A model generated the notes under the pieces. It was not told the origin of the DNA, ran no database searches, and saw only the letters and a program-made list of their open reading frames with translations. A stretch of DNA of 64,000 nt from Octopus vulgaris (taxonomy: Eukaryota), in NCBI GenBank assembly GCA_951406725.2, contig OX597820.1, forward strand, positions 84,630,001 to 84,694,000, in the 5' to 3' direction. The number at the start of each line of letters is the position of its first letter. Within the stretch, counting starts at the first letter, position 1. Shown piece after piece: positions 13,491 through 27,101 of the stretch. Made by a program: the position numbers and the translations under genes.

Positions 13491-15436
13491 TATGTATATA
13501 TACACACATGCATATGCAAATAAATTATACGTATATATATTTATATATATATATATATATATATGCCTATGTATACACTCATACATACGCACACATACAC
13601 ACACGCACAACACACACACACACACTCTCTCTATCTCTCCTTCTCTCTTTCTCTCCCTCTCTCACACACATATAAATATCTACTGATTTAAATATCGATT
13701 TGGTCTACTGAAATCCCATTTGTATATTACTTTGCCAGCTCCAAAGAAGATTATCGAAATAATGCCTACTAAGTAACTGTTGATATAATTACTGTTCTAT
13801 ATAGACAGAATTGCTATACATCATTTGTCAATTTTGGGTGTCAATTTTGGGTGTCATTTTTGTGTTCCGAAAACTAACGATTATCCTGCTTACCTGGTCA
13901 CATGACGTGTCACATTTAACAGCCAGTGTCCGACCTATGGTCAGTATAATCAGGAATTATATACCAATTAATGTTGACACGTCATCAGTCAGTGTAAATA
14001 ATTAACGTCTTTAAAGCTTCACTGCACACGACAGCAGATAAATATTGCATAGAACTCTCTGTCAAACGTGTAATTTATACTTCTGTTGGTGATTATCTTG
14101 TGAAGCCAACTACAACTAATATTTCAGCAAACATCTCTTCTTGCAATTATAGTCAATGTGTTACCGATTTCAACAAAAAGGATAATTATGAATGGCTTTA
14201 CGTTCCATAACCATATATCTCTGCCAATTATGTTGAGTAGTTTTTTTTTTTAGTCGTTACGTTTTATTCTTCGCCATTTATATCTCCCAAGTCGTTTACG
14301 TCACCTGACTATCTTATCAATTTTATGATTATTAGAATGAATTGTAAATTTCTCTTTACTTCTGCAGGTAATCAATAAATAAGTTTGAAATAGAACTTTG
14401 AAAGCACAAGAAACTACTGCCGTGAAATATTGCCCTCGCTATTTCAAAGGATAAGGCATATATATCGCTTTATTATTTTCAATATATTAGAAACGCTATT
14501 TGCGTTTTGTGTTTCCCTATTAACGAACAGGTGACAGATTGTGAAACGTTGATAAATGTCCAATCAGAATTATATTCTGCACCTTTCTCGCCATTTGTAT
14601 ATTCCTAGTTTAAATGTATTATTACAAATAAGATCCTGTCATTTAATCTTTTTCAGTTATTGTTTTTACAGCAAAGCCCTAAATGTTTAGGAACAAACGA
14701 AGTCATAAGAAGAAGCTTTTCAACGTTGACATGATGGATAATTTCGCTATTTTCAATGTAGTTATTAGACAATCAATTCCAAACAACAAGAGATTTAAAT
14801 TTATAACACGTACATACTAGCTTTAGAAACAATGTTGGTTTATTCAGATGTGCATTAGGCGGTAATAAAGCCTAAAAGACATAATGTTGTTCATTTCTTT
14901 GAGCGAATTATTAATAAAAATCCTCTGTAATAAAATTGTAATATCTAAATTTAAACAATATTGATTATGATGAACCAGACGCGATATTGAATTGTCTATT
15001 AAATGCCAATACAATCAATACAAATATATAAATGAAAAAAATATAGTTGAAGATATATGGCAAAATCCCGTTATGTGTACATAAATTACTAACCAAATTT
15101 TACTCTGAGAACACGGATCGAATTCCAGCATATCTTTGGAATGCTCAGCTCTGTTCTTACGCAAATTGAATCTATGGTGTGAAATGCAATATGGCTAAGT
15201 CTTTCACTTTGCAACTTATGTTTTTCGTTCTAGTTAACAATAATTTAGGCAAGTACTCTCCATAGACTGCTGTTTCAAGTGGAAGTCGGGAACATGAAAG
15301 ACTGTGTAAGCAAGTTAGCTGTTACATATAGTACGACTAGATTTAATATCAACATTCATTCAGTTGCTGAAACTAATGAAAAATCTCTAATAAAAAGAGT
15401 AAAGCTGTATAATTAACCAAACACGTTTACAGCTGA

Positions 15437-15608
15437 AGACTGAAAGAACGCTACCAAGGGATCGCGGTAAACTGCCAAGGGAGTCACAGAAAGACTGCCT
15501 AGGGAACCAAAGTGTAGACGACCAAGGAACCCATGGGAAGTCTGTCAAGGGAGCGAAGAGAAGACTGCATGGGTGGCAAGGGTGCCAAGAGAAGACTGTC
15601 AATGGGGC
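15437..15608. repeat. Degenerate minisatellite, ~22-23 bp unit (AGACTGCCAAGGGA...)
   Basis: About 7 imperfect tandem copies of an AGACTG.CAAGGG core. Confidence 0.75.
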
Positions 15609-15619
15609 AGATGTATAGC

Positions 15620-16500
15620 GATATTCACGGTGAACTTTAAAAATATTATCAATTCTATTAAACTATGGATCAAATAATAATGTTATCGCAAATAATAATG
15701 TTAATAATAATAATGTTAAGCTTTGCATAATAAAAGAAATTAAGACATTGCCAGTAATCGAAATACTAGCAAAGCTGCGTATTCTAAATGGGGAAAATTA
15801 TGTCAACGATAGTTGATGAGACTCATAGTTCATTCTCTTGTTAACATCTTTTTGAGAAAGCATATAATCGTCCAGTTGTTTTCTGTTATGGCTTACCCAG
15901 GGGAGTTCATGGAACCAATATTGGCCTTCGTAAATATAGTGAATGAGACTGCTGTTGGTACCCTATATTATTATCAATGTTATTTGATCATATTATAGAT
16001 GATGTGTTTAGATATAGTAAAGTTAAATGTTATTTTAGGCGCTATGTGAATTCTTTCTAAACAAAGGATATCGGTAATTTCAAATCATGTAAATGAAGAT
16101 TAGCATGAAGTATTCAAAAGAAAGAACATTCTTCTGATATAGATTTGGATGAAATTGTCTGCGAACCTGTTACAAATTCGCAATGGCTTAATATCTGTTG
16201 AACGCGATTCAAAAGCATATTAGTTACATATATGCAGTAAATACGTGAAACGCAAAATAAATTCTACAATCTCATTCTGTTGAGAGAATTTCATTTCTAG
16301 TAAGACGCATTTATATCAATGCGCAATCATTTTTCGACAATATATAAAACTAAATGCAAACTACAAATCTGATTTTCGTATGGGTCTTTGTTATTTTGAG
16401 ATTAATCAAAGGAGGAGCAATACCTGCTATATGAACCTTCTTAAAGTAGATGGTGTTTATTTCTAAAATCTAAAATTTCCTGTGCGTGCAAGACTCTTTA
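15620..16500 (+). mobile_element. Highly decayed hAT transposase relic (ZMYM1/Tip-like)
   Basis: G.NFKN segment (~15630), STIVDET (~15803), QLFSV and F.E..LAFVN resemble GNF / FSIIxDETxDxS..EQL / ERFL.F of this group. Confidence 0.4.
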
Positions 16501-16814
16501 TTTCACGATGATTTAGTTCACTCAGCTGTAGAAATTGGTTGCAGTGTCACTGGTACCAATCTGTTCGTCGGCCTTTGGCTTTCTCTGGATAACATCGGTT
16601 GTGTGTAGAGAGGAGAGGCTTGCATGCATGAGCGATTGCTAGTTTTGCATAAACTTGTTTTGCATAAATTTGTAGGTACAATTGCATCGTCATTCGTGAA
16701 GAAACACCATCTTTACCCTTTTGTTTCATGTGCTTACACACACAGGACAACACAAAATCACGCATATACACGCAGGCACCCCCCCACACACACGTCCTCC
16801 CTTCAAATATATAT

Positions 16815-17049
16815 TTCGTTACTACCCACAAGGGGCTAAACACAGAGGGGGCAAACAAGAACAGACAGACGGAGTAAGTCGATTACATCCGACCCCAGTG
16901 CGTAACTGGTACTTAATTCATCGACCCCGAAAGGATGAAAGGCAAAGTCGACCTCGGCGGAATTTGAACTCAGAACGTAGCGGCAGACGAAATACGGCTA
17001 CGCATTTCGCCCGGCGTGCTAACGTTTCTGCCAGCTCGCCGCCTCCCCA
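16815..17049 (-). mobile_element. tRNA-derived SINE, family 1 (well-preserved copy with TSD)
   Basis: On -: GGCGGCGAGCTGGCAGAAACGTTAGCACG...GAGTTCAAATTCC (B box)...GCCTTTCATCCTTTCGGGGTCGAT; flanked by CAAATATATAT at 16804-16814 and 17050-17060. Confidence 0.9.
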
Positions 17050-17590
17050 CAAATATATATGATGTTTGCTCAGTTTTTGCATGTGATTGTCGTCTCTTTG
17101 TGCTTCTACATGAGCAACAATGATATCTGTACCTTTCTCTGCATGAGCCTTCAGATAAAGGTTCAGTCATGTTGCTGCTCTGCATGGGTTGACGAATAAT
17201 TAACCAAAGAAAGTTGTCAATTACTGTGCTCTTCCAGCTGGTTACGTCTTCAGACACCGCGACAATTTCATCACCATATGACTTTCAATAGATGGAAGGA
17301 CAAACGTGGTTACTTTAAAGAGACATCAGCACATCATTGAAATACAGTAATATGCGCTTGTACAAGACCAGTACCACAATTTGGGTCTTTCAGACTACTA
17401 TCTAGCGACAAGTCACTAGAACTGGAGTATGTAAAGCTAATTCTTAGCTATTATTGTTCAGGAGTAGCAGCACTTATCAGGTTCCCAGCAAGGAGTTAAC
17501 TAGCAAATAAACCCATATATAAAATCAGGGTATGGAGTAAAAGTGAAGTACTCCTAGTTGCTGTTACACCATACATCAAGGGGGAGGTGT

Positions 17591-17686
17591 GGAATCTTGG
17601 CATTAGTAGCCCGCGCTCTTAACCACTACGCCAAATGCCGCTAACTTCAATATTTCTAGTTCAATTCCAGGCAGTGACGGGATTAA

Positions 17687-17724
<38 letters not shown>

Positions 17725-17881
17725 GTAACATCGAAAAATACCATAGGAATGAGAACCTAGGTTCGAAATTTCCCCAAGACACCTGATGAAGGGTCTAGAG
17801 TATAGCAGCTGAAACGTCGTGTTAACAACACACAAAATGAGGGCAAACATCCGTCAAATATAAATAATGTAAATAATGTAT
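17591..17881 (+). mobile_element. Composite SINE-like element: tRNA head (5' part inverted) + (TAA)n spacer + hammerhead-bearing tail
   Basis: A box TGGCGTAGTGG on - (17623-17633); B box GTTCAATTCC on + (17659-17668); TAA run 17684-17728; HHR 17778-17823; tail matches both arms of 40240-40460. Confidence 0.7.
17778..17823 (+). ncRNA. Minimal type I hammerhead ribozyme
   Basis: GACAC-CTGATGA-(weakened stem II)-GAAAC-GTC-GTGTT; stem I GACAC/GTGTT; stem III is only the ACGT palindrome; GUC triplet at 17816-17818. Confidence 0.75.
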
Positions 17882-17888
17882 ATGTGAG

Positions 17889-17932
<44 letters not shown>

Positions 17933-18049
17933 TGGAAGAAGAGTACATGAGTTGATGTATGTGTCTCTTTAATGTAAACTCGCACCGGCAGGACTCATTT
18001 TTCATTACGTTGATTATGTTTGCCATCAATATATCGAATATGGCATTGC

Positions 18050-18700
18050 CCGCGATAGCTGAGTTCCAGTAGATAAAGTATTTAGCATAGTGTGAATGGA
18101 GGATTTAGGTTTTATTGTTCACTGTTTCCAGACAAAGCTCTGTATCTTGTACTGGTAGTCCTGAATAAGGTGTTTCGGAGGGTACTCTATCGTGACCTTA
18201 ATGCTCTGGTAGATGGAGTTCGCTATTTGCTGGATGCTTTGCATAGTATTAGTTTCAATTTCTATTTCGAGGGTACTCTGTTGTGGGGGTGCCTTTACCA
18301 ATATGTTGATATTATCGACATAGCGAGAGTGCATGTTCATGAATATCGACTACTGTGCCAGGCGTTCTTTAAACATCCTGACCCACCAAACCATAAAAAA
18401 GTTTTGCCACATCCCCGGCGAAGCTAACCCCAATGGCCACCATGTCATCCTAAAGGTCCAGCTGTGGTGGCGGAGTTCAAAAGAGGTTTATATTTTGTGA
18501 TAAAATATGATTCATTGCTGATGCACTGACTTTAATTCGCATTGTTGCTGAATTTATAGGGGGGAGATGTCTGAAGTTGAGTTGTTTGTTAGTGGCACAT
18601 GTATCGATGCACTCTATAATCCCTTGTTTCTGCATTCTTTTATTTTAATTTGGGATCTATGTACCGTCATCCTCCGACGTAAACTGCTTTTAGTTTGACC
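18050..18700 (-). mobile_element. PLE RT fragment
   Basis: On -: AIGVSFAGDVAKLF/FMVWW, then RYVDNINI...TMQSIQQIANSI..SIKVTIEYP (PLE RT motifs 4-6). Confidence 0.7.
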
Positions 18701-18734
18701 AATATATTGTTCTTGACACCCTGAGTACATGTGA

Positions 18735-19330
18735 ATTTGTTTATCACTAAAACGTTGACTCTGTTTCAAAGAGAATTCCGATCTCTCAATTAGGGAGACA
18801 CCGTACTAGTTACGTTTTCCCCATTATTTTACTTTTACCTCTCCTCAATTGTTCTGACACCTACTTTCTCTCTTCACTCCTACCCACATTCTACCTCCAT
18901 CGAAACCTTCTGCGTCCACACCTCACCCCCACACATCCCACACCCACATACCCCACATCTTCACCCCGACCCACACCCACCCTCACATCCCGCACACGCA
19001 AACCGTCACACCACACCACACATCACTACACAACATCACACCACCCCGTTCACTAGCACTGCCACTTCCCAGCAACCACACCATCATCCACACACTCACA
19101 CATTATATCTCCCCTTGTTCCTAGATCTCATGTCTAACTAACGTTGTGCAGCCAGTCGCCATAATCGACCGTTAACTATGTTTATTTCAACGTGGTCTCT
19201 TCTATTGAATTGATGAGCGAAGCCTCGAAACGTAAAAGACTTTCTCACCTTCCCCGAGCGTCAAACTAATACACCAGTTTGCTGTTTATACATCTTCCTT
19301 CGTCTTTTGTTTTTCTGTAAATTTCAACTA
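18735..19330 (+). mobile_element. PLE 3' end/pLTR with C/A-rich tract and degenerate minimal hammerhead
   Basis: TTGATGA-GCGAAGCCTC-GAAAC-GTA-AAAGA at 19210-19239; the downstream tail recurs at 58960-59060; ends in (TA)n. Confidence 0.55.
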
Positions 19331-20729
19331 TATATATGTGTGTGAGTATACCTACCTACACACACACACACATATATATACACACACGCACACACACACA
19401 CACACACTCATATATATATAGAGAGAGATAGATTGATAGATATACATATATATATATATATACACATGCACACACAATTACTACATATAAGGGGAGGGCT
19501 TGTGTACAAACATGTAAAGTCTAAATGCCTTAAGCTTGCATCTTCCACTTAGTTTTCGAAATGTTTTAAATCAGAAGCTTACATTTTATATTTTGAGTTA
19601 AGTCATTATGTATGATAACAATTGTGTGTAAACACCGACACTGTTTACTTGTTTGGACGGAATCACCAATCGATCGAACAGTGAAATTCTCCCTTTCTGC
19701 AGCCATTGGGTTATTGAAATCCTGGTCATCTGCTGCCTGTGTCCCTATCTATATCCCCCTTGCTACATCTTACATAAGGAGCAAAACAAGAGTGAACAAG
19801 CGAGAGAATCTCACACTCCACATCAATCACACACATGAATCCGATCTGCACATCATACGTTCATTTTACTATAGATGGATAAAATATTTGGAATAGGCTT
19901 CGGAAGATCCTTTGTGAAAGATTATTTCAGTTTTCAATACATTCATTGCCGTGGAGATTCTAGATATTTGAAGTTTCCCGTACGCATTATGTTACTGTAT
20001 ATGCGTTTGCTAATCTTTGCGCCTGAATAACTTTCTTCTCTGAGAGTGATTTCTAAATATTGATCGAAACACAGCGATGTGTTATTTCTATATAGAAATC
20101 CGATTCTATGCCATAGAAACATATATAAATTACTATCTTTATATTTCATACTGCACAACAAGTATATTTAAACAGCCTTCGAATATAGCAAACCAATGAA
20201 GCTGTTCCATGCTCCAGAAAAAATGAAATATATATTATTTTCTGATGGTTATCGACAGCATGGTGCATTGGATTGTTTACTTCACGCCCATACCGTATTT
20301 TATAACTGAATAATGTACGAGTAGTGTTATGCGTCGTTGTATTTGAAATATAATACGATATAGCTATTCTGAAAATGTTTAACCGCAGAATTTGCATACA
20401 TTACATAACTCCGAACAAACCCACATGTTTCTATTCTGTGCGTTTAGCTGATGTGTTATAAATTATGGAAAATAGGTTCGACTCAAACATTAAAAGCAGT
20501 ATATGATATAATTGTATCAACATTTTTCGAATATTTAAATTTATTCAGCAATCTAAATTAGCAACTTCATCTACACAGAAAACTAATACTTTGTCAAAAA
20601 ACCAATAATCATATAAAGAAATAGTGTTGGTCTATGTGGATTATATCTTACCGTAGATGTGTGTGTGTGTGTGCGTATGTGTGTGTGTGTATGCCTTCTG
20701 AATAGCAAATTATGGGTAACTCATTCGTC

Positions 20730-20908
20730 AGTGTGGTAAGAGGCTAACTTCCCATCCACAAAGTTTCGGCTTCAGTCACACCGCATGGCATATACAATGA
20801 GTCTCTTTTCCTATAACCTCAAACAAACGAAAGCCTTGTGAGTGGATGAGGTGGGCGGAAACTAAAAAATCCCGTCTTTTATATACATATACACACACAC
20901 ACACACAC

Positions 20909-20998
<90 letters not shown>

Positions 20999-21300
20999 AT
21001 AGGGGCGTACTTGCCTGTGTGAGTGTGTTTGTATGTGTGTGTATCTGTACATGTGTATGTGTGCGTGTTTCACCGTATCTTTGCCTCTGCATTTGTCCTC
21101 TTACCACTGCTTGGCAACCAGTTTTGTTGTGTTTACCTCCTACAACTTACCGGTTCGACAGAAAATAAAAGTAGCCTAAGTACAAGGCTTAAATTAATAA
21201 TTCACGGGGTCGATTTGTTCAACTAAAACCCTTCAAGGCATGGCTTCAGCATGGCCGCATTCAAATGACTAAATCAAGTAACGGATAAAACATAAAAGAT
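20730..21300 (+). mobile_element. SINE family 2 with internal (CA)/(TA)/(TG) microsatellite
   Basis: GTGTGGTAAG...TTCAGTC..CCTTGTGAGTGGAT...GGAAACT..CCCGTC, microsatellite, then CAGCATGGCCGCA..AAATGACT tail; matches 43355-43790. Confidence 0.8.
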
Positions 21301-22299
21301 ATACTGTCCCTGGGACTGGGATGCGCAAATGGTGTAGCAGAATATATGGTCATTTAGCCTTTGTCAAAGTATCATATATGTGTCTGGTCCGAAACCCAGT
21401 ATCAACAAGTGGGTATATTTTAGTTACTATTTACGAGTTTTGTAGATGTAAACAGAATGCAAAATTGGACTATTAATAAAGATGAGGTTTTGTAGAACAG
21501 AGTGATAATCGGAAATGCTTTCTCCTTATCAATGCATTCTTTTTGTAAGTCGAAAACGAAATTCAGGATTTGAAGTTCCTATTTGAATCACCTTTTAGAT
21601 ACAAATCACCTTTTAGAAATATGGCCACCAAGTACACAGTGACACACACACACACACAACACACACATGCTCACACATAGACACAAACGTATACACACAC
21701 ATACATACACACACACATAAACGCATTCGCGCACACATATAAACATATTCAAAGACTGAGAGAGAAAGAGCAAGATAAAGAATGAAACCGAATATGCCTG
21801 CAGAAATCTATAGGAATGACGATTCTGTGGATAAAGTTGGATGTTGATATGTTGATATCCACGTTGATTATAAGAATGACAATGTTGCAAAGTGCGCGCG
21901 TGCGTGCGTGTGTGTGCGTATGCCATAATTTAGTTTTGGCATCGACATTTGCATGATTTAAAAGAGAAGCACTGGGTCACATCTTCAACTGAATAACGTA
22001 AAATGTCATAACGTCATTCATACATACGTACCTAAGTTTAAACAGACATACTTACGGTTGTGTATATGTATGCATCTCTCTTTCTGTCCCTCCCCAACAC
22101 ATCTCTCTCTTTCTCTCCATGTCACTGTATGTGAGTGTGTGTCTGTAAGTGTGCTTGTGTGTGTGTGTTTGTGTGCGTTTCTGTATGTGTGTGTGCAGAT
22201 ATATGTATATATAAATCCTTAAAAAAATGTTTTAGCCCGAAGGCCGCGGCCATGCTGGGGCACCACCGCTGAAATGATGACAGTAATAATATTAATCAT

Positions 22300-22505
22300 T
22301 TCTACTGGAGGCACAAGGTCTCAAATTTGTGTGGAGGGGACTAATCGATTACATCGACACAAGTGTTTCACTGGTAGTTGATTTACCGACCACGAAACTA
22401 TGAAAGGCAAAGTCAACCTCGGCGTCATTTGAAATGAGAGCGTAGCGATGGGCGAAATACGGCTAAGTATTTCGGGCAGCTCACCATTCTGCAAGTTCAC
22501 CGCCT
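22300..22505 (-). mobile_element. tRNA-derived SINE, family 1 (diverged copy)
   Basis: GATTACATCGAC...TGAAAGGCAAAGTCAACCTCGGCG matches 16815-17045. Confidence 0.8.
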
Positions 22506-23653
22506 TAACAATAATATCAAGAGCACTCAGAGAGCGTAAACCTCCACCAAGGCAACACCAACGTCCTCTCAACGATTAACCGGAAATTTTAAAATGAGAA
22601 TATTTGAAATAAACTCGACTGCTCTCACAAACGAGAATACTAAAAATGAACCCGGCCGCTCTCAAAATATTAAGTAAAAACGCCAGAAAGATAAACCAGT
22701 ATCCTTGTCCGGTACCTGATCTATCCCAATGGTGGTGATGCAATATGAAGGTGGGTGTGGAGGCCATGTTAGTAATGATGTGTGTGTGTGTCATCTGCAG
22801 CGGGAACAGATAGTTTTCTGTATGAAGTACCTTTTTATTCTATCCAATGACATAGTATATTTACGACCATCAGCGTCTATATTGAAAATATATCTATGTG
22901 CGTGAACGAAAACAGAAAGGACCTGCACACGGTGCTGTTAACGGAGGTTTTACATCATCGTTGCGCATAAAAACGTGAGTCTATGAAGTAAAGCTTCCTT
23001 CAGGGCAGGGGTAGAAATGAAATATATTGAAAATTGGTAAAACTAAAAATTATATTTATCATTGTTACTGAATATGTTAGTATTGTTTAATTTCTGAACG
23101 GGTTTCCTGCCGTTTGTTTATGTAGTTTGATTTCTTTATCCGTCAGATTCTACTAAGATAGAGACACGAGTAAGATAAATAATAGAGAACCGAAAATAAA
23201 ACTTTGGAAACAAATACGCCGCCATAATTTACGTGGAGATCGTGGGCGTGCTTTCTAGGGTGTTAATCAGAAAAATACTTGAATGTGAAAGGAAAATCGT
23301 AATACATCATGTAAAGTAAAGTAAATGGTGGTGCCCCAGCATGGCCACAGCTAGTGAGCTGAAACTAGATAAATAAAAAAAAATAACAAAAATCTAGAAT
23401 ACTTGTCCGGTAATGGTACATAATCTTTGTCCGGTAACGACAAATTGGAAGTATCAGCACTCAACGTTATCGTTAATTGTTCGAAATGAGGAATAGAGGG
23501 GCAGCCGACAACTGATAAAGGCTCGTTCATTGTTGTCTCGTTTTCGATTTGATTCTCTGGTTGTTTGCATTCTCAAGTTTGTCTTCGTATTCCATATTGT
23601 GTACGTTTTGTAACGACCTGTACCCATATATGCGTATGTAAACGCACACAGAT

Positions 23654-23685
<32 letters not shown>

Positions 23686-24594
23686 GTATATGTATATGTA
23701 TGTACATATGTGTATGTATGTATGCAAATATATTATATATATATATATACATCTATTTCTTTATCTATCTATATGTGTGTGTGCGTGTGTGTGAGTGTGT
23801 GTGTGTGTGTTGCTTATGGGGTAACTATATTGTTTCCTTCTTCCAAGTGACGTTTAAATTGTATATTTATTTAAAGCTATACCTCATATTTCAATATACT
23901 GAAAGCCATCGTTCCGCTTCAGGTACTTTTTTGCTTTACTAACGTTATTATTTTGACAAACGATATCTCTGTTTGCCAGTCAAATTTTATCACAGTGTTT
24001 CATAGAGACGGAAACAATTTAAGGTGACCTCCATGTTGGATCTGATTCGTTCTGTAGTTTATTTTTTTTTTACCATTCAGTTTTCTTTTTTCTTTTCCTT
24101 TTTTTGTATTGACAATTTTCTTCATCTTCTCAACATCCACTTCTTTCCTTAATCTCTTAATGGACATCATCTGTTATAATTCCATCATTTCTTCTGTATG
24201 TATTTGTTATATTTCTGTGATCGCTATTTTTATTTTCTATGCTATTTTACAATTACATTACCACACTATGTTTCTTGCATTTTCTCATCATTTTTTTAAT
24301 GTCATGTTTAAATTTTAATTCGTTTTACGATATTTTCTTATCTCTTGCTTCTCTCACGTTTTCCTTTGCAGTTTTTCTTATATTTTCTGCATACATTTTC
24401 ATTTGTTGTAATTTCATTTTCTTTTAAATTTATATCATTTGTTTCTTCATGTTTTAAGCATTTTTTCGCGTGTCAGATATTTATTCGTATTTTCACTTTA
24501 ATGAATTTTATAATAATTTTTTTTTTCGGCATGCCAATCCATGTAGATGTTTATTGCTTTGCCCTTTTTTCCTTTCCTGCGTAAACAGTTCACT

Positions 24595-24860
<266 letters not shown>

Positions 24861-25506
24861 TTTGGTTAGTGTGATCTCATATATCACTTCATATTATTAC
24901 AATTTTAGCAAAGCTATTTCTTGAAATATCTCCCCTGACTCTCTCTACATTTGTCTCTTTAGATTTGATCATTTTTTTAGTAACATCTTTATGACTGTGA
25001 CACACTATCATTTTTACTCATCACTTTTTCATTCCTTCCCTCTCTTTCCCTATCTGTTTATCCGTGTTTTCCTCTCTCTGCACATATTTCTTTATTTGTT
25101 TATCGGTCTCTCTGCCACACTCTTACCAAGCTTTGATTTCTCACAGTTGTTGTCTGTAAATACTTTTTTTAATATTCATCAACTTACATTGGTCCCTGTA
25201 GAAGTTGAAGTAATCTACTTAAATGTAAATCTCTTATCTCCTTTATCCGATGTAACATTAACTTCCCTTGCGTATCTCTGTCGCTGTAGGAAGAGATAGC
25301 TTTCTGCATAAGAACAAACAAGAAAAAAGGCTCACGAATCCTTAATTTTAGCGAGGAAATAGGAACACACACACACACACACACACACACACGTACATTG
25401 ACACACAACTACTTGATTAAATTCATAAACAAAAATACATACACGAAGAAGCTAGCTACTTTACGTTCGATGAAACCAATACTCATATCTGCAAACGATA
25501 TTGAAT

Positions 25507-25525
25507 ATCTATCTATCTATATATA

Positions 25526-25578
<53 letters not shown>

Positions 25579-25579
25579 C

Positions 25580-25614
<35 letters not shown>

Positions 25615-25653
25615 GTCTGTCTATATATCTATCTATCTGTCTATATATATATA

Positions 25654-25708
<55 letters not shown>

Positions 25709-25750
25709 CTATCTTTCTACATATCTGTTTGTCTGTTTGTCTGTCTATTT
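25507..25750. repeat. (TATC)n/(TA)n microsatellite
   Basis: Direct runs. Confidence 0.95.
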
Positions 25751-26153
25751 ATAGATAAGGTAAGAGAAGAAAGTAAACTATGATCATTCAATACTAATGA
25801 TCAATATCTAATTGCTACATGTTGCTCCAGTCCTTCTCTCATCTTATCGGAATATATTAAAGCACAGTTTACCCTTTAAATTACCGCTTCTGTTAGTCTA
25901 TACATAGGTAGTAAAGCAGTAGTGCCTACGGATACGTTTATTCCTTAGACGCTTGCATTTCCTCTAACTCATAATTGATATATATATATATATATATACA
26001 GGAAGAATTCCTGTGTGCAAAGATGTGTCAAATTATGTGCCTTTCCTGGAGCATTAGAGCACTTTAGCTATTTTTCCTAGCAATGTATCCATAATGTCCT
26101 GATACCCCTAATCGCATTTAGTGGCAATGACAAATATAGTTTTCCTTTACCCA

Positions 26154-26242
<89 letters not shown>

Positions 26243-26271
26243 ATGTATATATGTGTATATATATACACATT

Positions 26272-26653
26272 TACTCATACTTGCTTCAGTCATTTGACAC
26301 TGGCCATGTTGGAGCACCACCTTTAATCGAGCAAATCAACCCCAGGATTTATTCTTTCTAAGCCTAGTACTTATTCTATCGGTTTCTTTTGCCGAACAGC
26401 TAAATTACAGGGACGTAATCACACCAGTTGTCAAAAGATGTTGAGGGGACAAACACAGACACGCAAGCACATACACACATACATATATAAGACGGGCTCC
26501 TTTCAGTTTCCGGCTACCAAATGCACTTACAAGTCTTTCATCGGGCCGAGGCTATTGTAGAAAACACTTGCCAAAAGTTGCCAAGCAGTGGGACTGAAAC
26601 CACAAATATGTGATTCGTAAGCAAGCTACTTACCGCACAGCCACTCCTGCGCC
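26272..26653 (-). mobile_element. SINE family 2 copy
   Basis: Reverse complement of the family-2 head and tail seen at 43355-43790. Confidence 0.8.
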
Positions 26654-26717
<64 letters not shown>

Positions 26718-26726
26718 AATATATAG

Positions 26727-26792
<66 letters not shown>

Positions 26793-26816
26793 TGTGTGTG
26801 TGTGTGTCTATATATT

Positions 26817-26863
<47 letters not shown>

Positions 26864-26870
26864 ATGTGTG

Positions 26871-26911
<41 letters not shown>

Positions 26912-26971
26912 ATATATATATATATATATACATAAGTATATATATATATACATAAGTATATATATACATAA

Positions 26972-27016
<45 letters not shown>

Positions 27017-27059
27017 CATATATATGTGTGTGTTTATGTATATATATACACACACACAC

Positions 27060-27098
<39 letters not shown>
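26654..27098. repeat. Complex (TA)n/(CA)n/(TG)n microsatellite
   Basis: Direct runs. Confidence 0.95.

Positions 27099-27101
<3 letters not shown>

Noticed and set aside
15437-15608. CRISPR-like repeat/spacer appearance
   Set aside because: Units are contiguous and degenerate with no unique spacers, no cas genes are present and the context is eukaryotic.
25730-25766. 5-nt microexon AG|ATAAG|GTAAGA
   Set aside because: The pyrimidine tract is simply the TCTG/TATC microsatellite and the exon would shift frame; chance is likely.
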